Part shown: in pieces, positions 13,296 to 26,520 of the stretch | How positions within the stretch are numbered: position 1 is the stretch's first letter | Layout: every line of letters starts with the position of its first letter | Source of the DNA: Lama glama | Lineage: Eukaryota | Assembly (NCBI GenBank): GCA_028534125.1 | Contig: CM052832.1 | Coordinates: 8,310,001-8,374,000, forward strand | DNA length: 64,000 nucleotides | Direction: 5' to 3' | Translations under genes and position numbers: made by a program | Notes under the pieces: model-generated | Seen by the model: only the letters and a program-made list of their open reading frames with translations | Database searches by the model: none | Told to the model about the DNA's origin: nothing

Positions 13296-14602
13296 TGGAT
13301 AAACCAACTGCTGTGCATCTATACAGTGGAATACTACTCAGCAATGAAAAGGAGCTACTGGCACATGCTACAACATGAATGAATCTCAAAGGCAGGATGC
13401 TCCACGGAAGAAGCCAGACAAAAAAGACTACACACTAACTAGATGATTCCCTTTACAGGGAATTTCTGGAAAAGGTAAAACTACATCAGGAGAAAACAGA
13501 TCAGCAGTTGCCTGAGGTTGGGAGGCAGAGTAGAGAGTGACAACAAACAGCACAGGAAACTTTGTCAGATGACAGAAGTGTTCTAAAACTGGATTGTGCT
13601 GATGGTTGCACAACTATGTACATTTACTCAAATCATTGAATGTGTGCTTAAAATACGTGAATGTGATGGTGGGTAAGTTTCACCTTCTTAAAGAAACATG
13701 GCAACTAAAATAAGATTGTTGATGGATGGTTAGACATGTGAAAACATGATTGTTATAAAATGTTGATTATGTGATTAGATCATGTGATTGTTTTGTTATA
13801 GGTATCCCCTATATAATTTGTCCAGCTTTTCTGTATATTTGAAAGTTTTCACTATAAAATGTAGGGGAAATCTACAAAAACTGGAAGCAAGAAGGTGACC
13901 AAAGGATCTGCGGTTTAGAAAGGTCACTCTGACCACCAGATGGTAAAATGAACACCACTGATGGTGGTGGTGGTGAAGATGTGGAGAAACAAACTCTGAT
14001 ACACTGCTGCTGGGAGCATAATTGATACAGCCACTTTGGACAACTGGCAGTGTCTACCCTATGACATAGTAATTCCTCTCCTACATATACAACAGAAATG
14101 AGTACACTTGTCCACCACAAGCCATAGATAAGAATGTTTACAGCAGCATTATTCACCATTGCCCTAAACAGGAAACAACGCAATGATTATCAGTGGAATG
14201 GATGAAAAGTTGTATATTCATGTTATGGGACACTACCTGGGAATGGGAATGAATGAACCACACACACAGCATGGTGAATTCACATGTGATTTTCAGTGCT
14301 GAGCAAAAGAGATCCCACACAACCAAGTACATGCGATGAGATTCCACTTACAACATGCCAAAGTCAGGCAATATTAACTATCAGGAATAGAAGAGTAACT
14401 GCCTTTGGTGGGGGCAGCAACTGGGAGGGGCATCAGGCAAGGGCTGTGGGAAGCTGGCAATGCTCTATTTCTTGATCTGAAGGATTAGTTGCATATAAAA
14501 CTCATTAGCTGCATGTAAAAAAAAAGTGATCAAGCTTGGAACAGGATTTGTGCAGTTTTCTGCATGGGTGTTTTAATTAGATAAAAATAAAGTTTATTAA
14601 AG
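13296..14602 (+). mobile_element. Cluster of ancient L1M (L1MB/MC/ME-type) 3' fragments
   Basis: CAGTGGAATACTACTCAGCAATGAAAAGGA...GATGGTTGCACAACT; second fragment GAAGATGTGGAGAAAC...AATGTTTACAGCAGCATTATTCA. Confidence 0.85.
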
Positions 14603-15764
14603 AATTGGGGAGGAAAAGAGATCAACTTGACCTTCACTCAAGGATGCTCTCACCTTGAACCTGACCCCTGAGGGGCTCCCAGCGATGCAGCCAGTTTGCT
14701 TCCGGCTACTCTGGGCAGCCTGGGATGGTCTCCACACCAGATTTAGCAGAAGCACAGTCCTTGGCATTTGTTAGATCTACAAGGTCATTGGAGGGGAAAG
14801 AGGCGTCAGAGGCTTTGATGCCAGGCTAGCCCAGAGAGCCCGCAAAAGTCCTAGAAAGTTTGGCACGCCACCCTAAATCAGAGTGAATCATAAAAAAGTA
14901 TTCCAGCCTGGGCCTGTGTGAGATCAGTGTACGTGCAAGCTGCGGGTGGGAAGAACGTAAAGAACTGGGGAGAGACATAGCAAACCTGCTCTCCTGCCCA
15001 AAGCTGCCATCCTCAAAAAACTCCTCCATCCTGCCATAATGGTCTTTCAAAGGACTTTAATAAAAATCTACTAAAACTTAGAACTCTATCTGTGAAAGAA
15101 ATCACCCTTGAGATGTATTTTGCATTTGTGACGTTTCAGATTTCAGATGACAAGTCTCTTAGTGCAAGGTCTGCCTTTCTTTTTCTTTATACCCGACTCT
15201 AATTTTTGCCAAAGGTGAGGGTGAGAGGTTGGTTTATAGATTATCCATAACAGGAAGTCTAATTCCAAGGAGAACAGTCAGGCTCCCCTATTATCACAGC
15301 TAATTGCGCCCTGGCATTGTCTGTGTGCCTCCACATGTGTGATAAAATGCTAAAAATGTGACTGGGAATTAATCGCAAGTCCCTGGCACAGGGATGAAAT
15401 GGCAACAACAAGCGCAATCTGAAGTATGATCAGATCTAACTAACAGTTTTGATGTGCTAACCGACTCAGAAAAGGGGGAAAAAAGCCATCAAGAATGTAT
15501 AAACTTGTTGTGAGCACCACCATATGTAAGAAAAATGTGGAGAATGAATGAATGTGCAGGGGCTGTGGGCAGAGCTAACTTGTGGAGAGTTTTGCTGACT
15601 GTGGACCCTTCTAGCCTCATCCTGGGCTGGCTTCTCCCAGCAAATACACTGATAAATTCGCTGGTTATTAGGCGGGGGGGCTCTAAGCCCTGATGGTCCC
15701 CCAAGAAGCTCCATAACCAACTTCTGTGCCCAAATAATCTTGAGAAATGCTGGGCTCAAGTGAA

Positions 15765-16750
15765 ACACAATAGTGCTGGCAAGGCTATGGGGTAATAAGC
15801 TCAGACACAGTTGGTGGCAGCGCAGCTAGGACCACCCCCTTGGACGGCAACCTGGCAGTGTCTTTTGAAATTAAAAATGCACATGGCCTTTGACCCAGCA
15901 ATTCTACTCCCTGGCATTTTTCCTACAGATGCACTCCCACAAGTACCTAGTGACGTGTGGACAAGGATATTTGTTTGCGACATTGTTTATAATAATAAAA
16001 GCCTGGAAACAGCCTCGCTCTCTCAAAGGGGGTCTGGCACAGTCACTGATGAAGTGCTTGCTGCACATCGGGTAGGAGCCTAAGCCCTTTGCAAGTATAA
16101 TCTCATATAATCTGCTCAATAACTCTGAGGTAGATGCCGCTCTTGATCTTGGTCCACAAATGAGGAAACTGAGTCACTAAGAGATCAACTAACTGGCTTG
16201 ACATGAAACAATTGGTTTGTCTAGAGCAAGGATCTACTCCAGCATTCTGCTTCCAAAGTCTGTACTCTCCACTGCTCCATCACACTTTTCAAGTGAAAAT
16301 TCAAATTACCTGTTTAATAGAACACACTGGCTTCATAAAAAATGACAAGACAGCCCTACGTGTGCTCACTTCAAATGGTTTCCAGAGACATTGTTAAGTG
16401 GAAGAGGCAAAGGGCAGAGAGAGCGGTGTGGGGCAATGGGAGAAAAATGTTCATAAGTGCATGTATTTCAGACTATCTTTAGAAGGATGCACAGGAAACT
16501 GGCAACTTGGGGGGCCTCCAAGAAAGGGAACTAAGCAGTGACTGGTGAAAAGATGGAAGAGAGACTTACATTTTTGTTTGAATTTGTTTTCAGCTTTTCA
16601 TTTTATTTTGAAGTGGTTTCAAAATTACGAAAAAGTTGCAAGAAAGAGAATTGCCTTTACCATTCACCTAGATTCACTCATTGCTACTACACTGGAATTC
16701 TTTTTTAACTGTGTCCATACAGTACCTCATTGAAATAAATATGAACAGGA
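15765..16750 (+). mobile_element. L1ME-type fragment interrupted by a minus-strand MIR (~16050-16280)
   Basis: CCTTTGACCCAGCAATTCTACTCC L1 motif; AATGAGGAAACTGAG MIR core; L1 resumes at TCCAGAGACATTGTTAAGTGGAA. Confidence 0.7.
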
Positions 16751-18976
16751 CAAAGTTAAACAAGCATTTTCTATCTCAGAAATTCTGGAGACTCTAAGAT
16801 GCTGGGTGTTCAAATCTCTCAGAGGAGAGCCAACCGCATAGCTTTTTTAGGAAGTCGATCTTGAAACACTCTATCCTCTGGAACAGATGCTTCCTCACCC
16901 AGAAGGATGTGCCTGAGCCTAGAGTTTTGGAGAAGGGGGCTAAGAAAGCTTCTAGAACCATCGAGCTGAGGCCAGAAGCAGCCATGCCTCACTCAGGGGA
17001 TGGGACAGGGCAGACATGGGCTACAGGGCAGCTGCTCCCGGTGAGGTTCCTTCCACAGGATGAGGACCACAGCAGGCAGGGACAAAACAGGAAGGGTGCC
17101 AGGTGGCCAGGCAATGCCAACTAGCCCTTCCAGTCCTGCCTGGTCCCTTTTATTACCTACTCAGGCCCTGGTGCCTATGGGCTCGGCACCTGAGATGGGC
17201 TGAGCTCCCTTATTCTGTGAGCCAGAAACCAGGGGGAAACTCATGTCTAAACACATGATCTAAATGCACAGAGGGCAGAGGGAGGGTTCCCTGCCACCTT
17301 CAAAGGCACTGCATCCCCTGAGCACTTGCTACTTAATCCCAGAGCCTGTCACTTGCCCCCTTCCCAGCCCAGCCCCTGAGGGCTCTGCTGCCCTATAATT
17401 GTCTGCCCTAATTTTTCTAGAGCTTTGCAAGGGTCGTCAGTCTATTTCATGTGTGGGTCATTCTTTCCTGCCCCTACCCTCGCCTGGGATTTTTGTGAGA
17501 ACAGAGCTGTCTCCCCTTCAGACTAGGGTACCTGAGGGCAGAGCTGCGTCTCCCCCGTCAGACTGGGGCTCTTCAAGTCAGGGACCTTGGAGAGCAATAG
17601 GTTGGGCCCTGCCCCCCTCCTCCCACCATCCCTTTTGGTGCCAAGGCCAAGGATCTGTGCAGGCACATGTTTCACACACTCCCCATCTGGGCATGTGTGC
17701 CCCCAAAGCCCTTTGCCTGCCTCAAAGGGAGGCTGAAGGCCCGTAGCTGCCACCAGCGGCCAGTGGTGGGGCCATTGCATAACAGCTGCCCGGCCACAGG
17801 TTTCCGATGATTCAGCACTGTGACCTGCACAGGACTGTGGGGCAGGACCCAGGACAAGTCTCCTCAGAATCAAGAGACAGGAGGCCCAAGAAGGCTGGCT
17901 CACCTAGGGACTCTACATTGTAGCCCCAACACCCTGGGAAGGAGACACACTTCCTGGGCCCCTCCTTGCCGCCACGGGCCTGGCCTCTCAGAGCACCTGG
18001 GCCTGAGTGGAGTTCCAGCCCGGTGTAGGGCCAGGAGAGCCACTTTGCCATCAAGAGCCCATGGTTGGGCTGTAGACCCCATAAGCAGAGTTGTGGCCCC
18101 AGAGGGAGAGGCCTGGTGGCCAGTGAAGGGACCCCAAGGGCCAGCCCAGGCCTGGGGGGCCGACTTGGCAGTTCTTTTTCAAACCACTAGGTGTCACTTC
18201 CATTTCAAAGGAACCCACTGGTTGGAATTTTCCCCAGTCAGGTCCCCACCATACGTCTCTAAGTCTTAAAGACACAGGCCACAAAAAGAAAACTCCACTC
18301 TCCCCTGAGAGCCAAGACTTTGGAAACCTGGCCAGGAGCTGCCTCCAAGCCTGAGCTGAGGCTTCCAGAAGCTCCATAACACTGCACCCCACCCCTGCAA
18401 AGAGCAAGAAGGGGCTGGTCCCCCATCTTCCCATCCCCCACCACTCTACAGGTTCTTATGGGGATGGTATTTTCTAGAACCAAAAATGAAACACACAGTC
18501 AAACTAATGTGGGTATATTTAGGAGGACAATATTTGAAACAGGGAACACATACCCACAAAGATCCTGCTCGGGACCATGTGGTTCATTCCCCTGGCTTCA
18601 GACTGTCATCAGGAATCTCTGGTGGAGGGAGATCTGAGGGCAGTTTCCAGGGCTCTGCTCTTCACCCATATACCCCAAATTCAGTCAACATCTCTTGGTT
18701 GACTGGTGCCAAGTATTACAGTTTCCAATGTGTTTTATTCCACTAGAGTCCTGCAACCCCACCTCCATGAGGCGAGTGTAATTTAACTCCGTTTTATAGA
18801 TGAAGAAACAGATGTGGAGAAGGTCAAGTGAGAAAGCTCCTTGAGTCTCTTGCTGCTCACACTTCATCTCCCTTAGCCAGGCCCCCAAGAGAGGGAGCCC
18901 GGAGCCAGCCGGTTGGTTTTATCTGCAGCTCAGGTGGCCGCTTAAAGACTCACTCTTTTAAGCTCATTAATTAGTA

Positions 18977-19159
18977 CAGTGGTTTCCAAACTTGGTTGCG
19001 CATTAGAATCATCTGGGGAGCTTTGAAAACTCCTGATGCCCAGGTCAGCCCCCTACCAATTAATTCAGAATGTAGGAGGGCTGGAGTGAGACCTGGGAGC
19101 CAGTGTGCTTTTCAAGATGTCCAGGTGGTTCCAATAGTAAACAAGTTTGAGGACCATTG
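18977..19159. mobile_element. MER5A1 MITE, full length
   Basis: CAGTGGTTTCCAAACTTGG...ATTAGAATCATCTGGGGAGCTTT...GTTTGAGGACCATTG. Confidence 0.85.
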
Positions 19160-19518
19160 CTTTCACCACCTGCCCCCAGCCAACCGCCCGACCACTGAGG
19201 ACTGACCTATAGGCCTGTCACGGTGAGGAGTCTAGGTGGTGCTGGTAGTGATTCTGCAGTTCATATTTCATAATAGGATGCTCAAAACAAAGGCCTCACA
19301 TGCTAGGCAGGCATGCATTGCTCTTTTTTCAAAGAGGCAAGATGGAAGTTCAGACAAATGAGGCAACATGCCCAGTCACTCGGCTCCTAAGTTGGCAGAA
19401 CCGGGACTAAAACCCAGGTCTTTGGAGCTCTCAAACAAAAGCTCTGGCCTCTGAGACAAGGTCAGCTTCTTCCAAAGCTGTTAGCTTAACACAAAGAAAA
19501 CAATTCCCAGTCAGCATC

Positions 19519-19643
19519 TGACCCCTTGCCCTGGCCACTGGCCGACGGCCGTCATAACCATGACTGACCCTTTATCTCCATCGCGAGCTCACTCCACCCT
19601 GGCCACAGCTTGACCCCTAACCCTGACCATGACTGACCCCTAC
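19519..19643. repeat. Degenerate 23-bp tandem array (TGACCCCTAACCCTGRCCAYRRC)
   Basis: TGACCC in phase at 19519, 19565, 19611, 19634 (multiples of 23). Confidence 0.65.
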
Positions 19644-21865
19644 TTGAGGTCCCCATTTTACAGATGAAGAAACAGAGGGGTGGAGAAGGTTAGGTGAGAA
19701 AGTTCTTCCTTGAACCCTTCCTGACAGCCAGGCTGTCCCTATCGCTGGCCCCTGTCCCACACGTGTTTGTTGCTGGTCAGGATGTGGAGGGCTCAGGCAA
19801 CCCAGTCACGACACTGGTAAATAACTCAGCATCATGTCCTCATTACTGACAATAATAAAATAAACACTTGGGGCCCCCGTGCCAGCCGGGAGTTTGGTGT
19901 TTTCATATTCATGATTTATTCAAAGGATCTACAATACTTCTCTATTAACTGTCAGGTCACGTGTAAAGGCTTCCCAAAGCTAGACAATTCTAGCCAATCC
20001 TGTCACCTCCCACCTTCTCTCCTCCATGTACCCAAGGCTCACCCTTCCCCACTGTCTGATCAAACACACAGGTGCACACACACCTCCTTGGTTGGAATGC
20101 CCTGGCTCTTCCCCACACCCACTCTCCAGGATACCCCAGGCCTTGCCTCCCCAGGAGGTCCATGGGGCCCATGGGGTCCCACGTTGTTCATGCTTACTGA
20201 CCCCGTCCAGTACGTGTCAACAAGCCCAAAAGAGCAAACAGCCCCCCAGCTGAGGCATCTTCACCAGATGAGGGAGGTCAGGGCCAGCATACCCTTGGGA
20301 GTGAAGGTCAGATGGCAGAGGTCACTCATCTACACAGGCACTCACATACGCACACATTCACTGAGTGTGTTTATAGAGTTCTGAGCGACTGTAAACTTGG
20401 CTCTCTCTGGCTGCCCCCAAGAGAGGGAAAACATAAACACCTCCTGCTCCAGCTAACTCCCCCAACAAAGCAAGTCACGTCCCAGGTCTAGGACACCTCA
20501 TCAACACAGGGACTGGCTGTACTTACCTACTTTCTACTCGGTGAACAATTCCTAACCTCCTGTCCCCAACCCAGTGGGAGGACTTTATCCCAGGATCCTG
20601 CGTGTACTTCTCCTGAGCCTTTGCCCCAGCTGGACCTGCCCCTGGGAATGGCTCACCCTTCTCTTATTCCTTCCAACCTCACCATCCTGAAAGGCCCCAC
20701 GTTAAGTCTTACCTCCTCAGAGACACTTCCACTGATCTCCGTCACACACAGTGAGTAATTTCTGGAAGGATCTTTTGGACCAAAACAGCATCTTGGAATA
20801 AGACCTAATATTTCACTATTAGAGATTCATTCCTTTGGCTTAAGCATTGCTCTCTCCTCAGGAAGGGTCCCTGGGTATTTATGCAGATGTGCCCCATCAG
20901 AGGCAATTGGTACCTAAGCAGGCACTACCCTGGAGCATGCATCCTGGCTCTAACTCTGTCACTCCCTACTTGGGGCGGGGGGGGGGCGGTGTCACAGTCC
21001 TCTGAATGCCCTGTGAGGGAGACAGTTCTAAAAATCTCTCAGTTCCCTCGGCTCCAGTAGACAGTGGTTTCTCCCTCTAATCAAGGCTTTTTATTGGGAA
21101 ATCACACACTTGACCTTCCCACTTTGAAATGTCACCATAACTTTAAAGGGGGAGAGAAATCCTACTGAGTCAGGCCTAAAGTGGGACAAAATTAGGTTAG
21201 CTATAAGGGAGACTGTGCATTACACGGCTTAGGGAATGGTAAAGCAAACCACAGAGTGTTTCTTCTGGAAATCTTCAAAATGCAACAAAGATGCCCCTCG
21301 AAGTCTCAGTCTGAATTTGCTGGATGTTAGAGCCTATTATTATTATTATTAGGGAGAGGGGGTGGCCTCTCCTTGAGCAAGGGGGCTTGAGGGGCAGGCG
21401 TTGATAGACTTCCCAGTGCCAAGTGATAGAGACCTGAATGGCCCAGGGCCTCATCCCCATCTCCTCCATTGTCCCCCATTCCCCTTAATGAAGGCTCAAA
21501 CCAGAACAGCCAATGAGCCTTGGAAAATCTGCCTGTTGTGTGAGAGGATTTTCCATAAATCTCCCTCATTCAGACAGCAACAGCCCCATGCCATGTGGAG
21601 CAAGGGCTGCCCAGCTCCTGGGAACCCTCCTTAAGAACAGGTGCTTTCTGGGGGGCTCCCTGCTCCTCTGGTCCCCTTGGCTGCCTGGGGGGGTTGGGAG
21701 TTGGGGAGGAAACCTGCCCAGTCTCCCCCAGGAAAATGACCTTGGGCCCCTTTGGGCCTGCCAGGACATGGGCTCTGACCCATCAATGGCATGGCAGTTT
21801 GGAGGGTCACTTGGCATAAATGTGTTTGCCATCCATTCAAGACCCTCTTTTGAAACTTCATAAAC

Positions 21866-22059
21866 CTGTACTGTGGAGTATGGTACCCACTAGCCACATG
21901 TGGCTATTTAATTTAAAATTAGGTTACAAGTTCAGTAACTCAGAATTTAGCTTAAGTGCATAGCTGAAGTGCTCAGAAGCCCCACGTGGGCTAGTGGCTA
22001 CTGTATTCAACAGCGCCCATCTAGAACCTTTTCACCACCTTTTCTATTGGACAGCTCTG
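21866..22059. mobile_element. MER3 hAT-Charlie MITE
   Basis: CCACTAGCCACATGTGGCTATTTAA...CTAGTGGCTACTGTATT...TTCTATTGGACAGCTCTG. Confidence 0.85.
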
Positions 22060-23249
22060 CAGATAACTAGTACTAGGCAGGGGGGGCCTTCCACAGGGGA
22101 GGGTGGACCCGTTCAGAGCAGAAATTCCAGCATCAACATCAGGAACATAAATCTGACAATGGAGAAGTCTTCAAGGACTCGGGGAGCCCCATCTGAGGGG
22201 GGAGACACAACCCCTGACCTCAGGGAGCTCCCAGCCCAAAGAGGGTTAAATAATTCCTTGGACAGATCTTGTTTTCCCCGAGCAGGTGAGGAGGAAAGGG
22301 TCCAGCTGTCACTTAGCAAGCTCATTAGTAATGTCTTCTGGGGCCTTGCCCTCCCCAGGGGTAATTATTAACAGGCCTCAGGTGGAAGAGCGTGTGCAGC
22401 CCTGGCCCCCACCCTCCCATCCAGCCAACTGGGCCAGCTGGGCATCCTGGGGGGCCCAGAGCTGAGAGTCCCATCGGAGACAGCCCCAGGCTGAGTAATA
22501 AGCCCCCCAGCCCCCTACTCTTGAATCGAGCCTTGCTTCATGTTTGATAAGATGAACCTCCACCTAGGGACAAGGCACCCACCAGGAAAACTGCCGGCCA
22601 CCTCCTGATTAAGCAGTAGAAACTGTTCAGCATTGGGGGTCCATCCCTGCAGCCTCATAAGGGAAGGTCTAATCCCCCCAAACTGAGGCACAGCCACTAG
22701 CCTCATCAGCAGGAATTTTCCACAATTGCTGAGACTCCTGTTTGCCTTCCCCATTAGCTTAACAACCATGGGTGGAAAGATGACTAAGGTAATTAGTGAC
22801 TGACTGTAGCCGGGACACAGGGGCCAGGCCAGGATGGGGTGGCAGGGACTGGAGTGTGGCTGAAGAGGCTGTGAGTCAGCCAGAAAGCGTGAGCACAGGG
22901 AACCTCAGGCCTGAAGGAAGGGGGCCCAGGAACAGAGACAGCAAATGATGGCTTCAGCCTTGTTACCATGGAAACAGCTCCAAGAGGTTGCAAGGCCCTG
23001 GGCGGGTCAGTGGGCCTGGGAAGGAAGAGATTTATTCTGCAGGCACAAATGGCAACCCAGCCCAAGTCCAGCCCTCAAAGGGCCCATGTTCACAGATATT
23101 GACAAGGGCCTGGGGATGCCACCAGCGAGCCCAACCTGGACCACTTGCTGGCAGGTGGAAAGGGCAGTGAGGAGTGAGTTTTTAGAACTTTCTTCCTGGG
23201 GCACATCTCAAGCAGACCCCCAGCCATCACCCACTTCAGCAGGTTTCTG

Positions 23250-23480
23250 ATTCTTTCAGTCATATACCTCTATCAATAAAAGTCTGTGATGTGCCCCACC
23301 GTATGTATATTTATTTACACTTTACACGTACTCTCATACTAATAAAGTATGTACATTATTGAAAAATACACAAAAAAACAGACGTTTTACAAAGATGAAA
23401 GAAAAAAATAGAGGTCAGTTTCCAATTTTCTCCCAAATATAGATGGACCAGTCTTGTCCACCCTGTTTTGGAGACCACTG
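23250..23480. mobile_element. hAT-Charlie MITE (MER113-like)
   Basis: AT-rich body ending in TTTGGAGACCACTG terminal repeat. Confidence 0.65.
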
Positions 23481-23703
23481 ATTCACTTAGAGTGCTGGTG
23501 ACACATTGCTAACTGAGCTCATTAAATGAGCAAAACTTCTTGTGTTTGCAATTTGACATCAGCCAGTCCCCCCAGGTGAATGTGAAGATTAGTTACTATC
23601 TTGAAATTAGTTTAAACTTGAGCTGACCCTTGTGCTGGGGTAGAGATGACGGCAGAGCCAGTGATGTCAGCTGACAACAGGCCCAGAGTGCCCCCGCCCC
23701 ATC

Positions 23704-24390
23704 ACTTTGCCTGTGTTATTCCCTCTATGTGGGATGCCCTGCCACCTTTCTCCACCTTGACAATCACTCATCCTTTCAAACTCCAAATCTCTGCTCTTCT
23801 CCAGGATATCTTCTCTGAATCTCAGGCTAGTCGAGTGTCCCACCTTAAAGCTCCTGCAGCCCAATAGGGGTACCTCCATTCTGGCATTTGTGCTGGAATG
23901 ATGTGTTTCACACTTCACTCTCTCCCTAGATTGTGAACCCCTACAGGGCAAGGGGTTGCTATATTCATCTTTGTATTCCTGGCCACCAGCGTACACAGAC
24001 ACGGACATATCCACCCATAGCCACTCCCTGATCGGTGTTTCATGGGATCACCTCCCAAATAAGCTACCAGTGCTGAAATTCTTATCTTGGAGGGAACCAG
24101 CCCAAGACATTGACATATAATAGGTGCATAACAAATTCTAATTAATGAGTGTCTTTTGAGTAACATCTATGTCCCAGCCATGCAGGGTTCAGAGAGGGAA
24201 AAGCTCACTGGGCTGGAGCAATAGCAGGAGACTCCTGAGGAGGTGGACTGAACTGGGCCATCCAGGATGGACAGGCAGGGTAGAACAGGCAGACAGCAGT
24301 AGAGATGGAATTCCCAGGAGAGGAAAGAGCATGAGCAAAGGTGAGAATGCTGGAAAGAAGGCCACCAATCCGGAGGGCAATGAGGAAGTG
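23704..24390. mobile_element. L2 fragments (plus ~23704-24150; minus ~24225-24390)
   Basis: CTAGATTGTGAACCCCTACAGGGCAAGGG...TTCATCTTTGTATTCC; GGAAAGAGCATGAGCAAAGG. Confidence 0.7.
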
Positions 24391-24981
24391 CTACATGACA
24401 CATCTTACCCCTACCCCAAGGGGTTTTCCCTGTTCCATGCCTAGTTCCCAGATTCCTCTTTCCCTGAGTGCAGAATCTTGGCAGCTAGACTAGGGACCTG
24501 GCATCGCAGGGGAGGGGCTTCTCAGAAATTCTATGCTCTGGCGCCGGAGTAAGCCCCCTCCCTGCCCCTGCCCTTTGGAGCCCTCCTCATTAAGAGCTTT
24601 CCCAAGACAGGCAAAGGGATTAGGCTGACTTCTGGGAAGGCCGATGCCTCCACCTGCCCCCTTTCCCCACGTCTGGAGAAGGGAGGGAGGCAGAAGGAGG
24701 GAGCCAGGGGTTGCTCTCTGTTCCTCTGCTGATCATTACATGCAATTAAAAGTAGCAGGAAACAACTCTGGGCACACCCAGAGTGGGCGCTGTAAATCCC
24801 CTCATCCTCCCTGGCCTCTGGGGGTCCCGCCTGAGATGGCAGTCATCCAGGCAGCGGTGGCCGCACAGCCACAGCAGCAGCGTTCATCCTGGGCACCCAC
24901 ACTCGGCAAGAAAGGGTGTGTGGGCTTGTTCTGAGGCTTAGCCCCCACCCCTTACAATGGAACTCTGAGAGGGCTGGCCTA

Positions 24982-25132
24982 GGGGTCCAGATACCTCGTG
25001 CCCAGCCTGGCTCTGCCACCTGCTAGTCGGGGGACCTTGGATAAGTCCCTTACCCTACCCGTGATTCAGTTTCCCCAGCTGTACAATGAAGGAACTAGAT
25101 ATAGAGTCCCTTCAGCTCTGATGTTTTATGTT
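24982..25132 (+). mobile_element. MIR/MIR3 fragment
   Basis: GGCTCTGCCACCTGCTAG...GACCTTGGATAAGTC...TCAGTTTCCCCAGCTGTACAATG. Confidence 0.75.
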
Positions 25133-25993
25133 CTAAGTCTGAGCTGCTGTCTGCCCAAGATACTTCAGCCCAGAGATTCTGGACTACTGACCCACATATT
25201 TCAAACTAAGCTGCTCTGGGGTCCCAGGCTGGGGCCAGCGTGCTGCTGTAAATACCATGACAATTTGGAGGGAAGGAAGACCAGCATCTGGATACCCAGG
25301 CAGGTTCCAGGGGTGAGAAGATCCTACACTGGCCCTTCTCTGAGCCTCCCAGGCCTCAGTAATGCCAGGCCCACATATTTCAGGTCAAGGTTCCTCTGGT
25401 TTCTCTCCTCTCCTCTCTTTTCCCCAGAAAGAGTGGTGATCACCTGGAGCAAGAATGGGTTTATATGGAACAAATCATGAAGTCAACCTTGTTTCCTCCT
25501 TCTACAGGGTCTCCTGTCCCAAGAGACCCTGTAGATACTATAATTCCAAGGAAACCAAAAGGGACTTGGCACCCAGTCATCTTGTGACTCTTCCATGCCA
25601 TAGAAGACCAGCCTGGAAGAACAGCATGGCATTTGGTGGAGGAGGTTAAACCTCAGGGAAACTTACCCACTGGTGCGATTTGCCAGGGACCCAGCCATGT
25701 CCTCAGAGAGCATTCTGAATTAATACACCCAAGGCCCCACCCAACCTACCCACAGGCAAGGATAAGCCAACGTGGCTTTTCCAGGCACCTTCTGAATTGG
25801 AGATGACTTGGATGAGTCCTGCCATGGTTAGTCTCTTCCTGGAGGTAGTTGTCCACAGGTTAAAGCAAATAAGGTCAGAAGTACAAGCCCTGCCCTGACA
25901 GCTTAGACCTGGGGAAATCCTCCACTCCCCAACAGAACATGGCATCCGTCTCACCCCAGCCAGACCTTGTAAATAAAAGCGTGTCCAAATTAG

Positions 25994-26520
25994 AACTCTA
26001 TGGTAAGATACAATTTTTCACCTATCAGATTGGCAAAAATTCAAGAAAAATTAGATAGCACACTTTGTTAGTCAGGCTGTGGGGAAATAGTCACACTCAT
26101 CCATTGCCGCAGGAAGTGTAATTGTTACAATCTCAGGAGAACAATTTGACAATATTTATCAAGATTACAAAAGCATATACCCTTTAACCAACAATTCCAG
26201 GTCTCGGAATTGATGCTACAGATATACCTAATACGTGTGAAATGACGCATGTACAAGATTATTCGCTACATCATTGTTTGTAAAAGCTAAAGATGGAAAT
26301 GACTTAACTCAACAAGGGACTGGTTGAATAAATGACAGATCAGCCACGCAATGGAATACTATGCAGTGGTAAAAAGCGGGAGGGGGGAGCAGGCATCAGG
26401 GCATTCTTTATGTATCATTATTCAAAGTCAAAGTCTTCCAAGATGGAGGTGAGGTGAGGTACAGAACCATATGTAAAGTATGCTACCTTTTGTGGAGAAA
26501 AGAGGGAAAATAAGAATAGA
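25994..26520 (+). mobile_element. L1ME-type fragment (ORF2 end/3' UTR)
   Basis: TTTTCACCTATCAGATTGGCAAAAAT...AATGGAATACTATGCAG. Confidence 0.85.
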
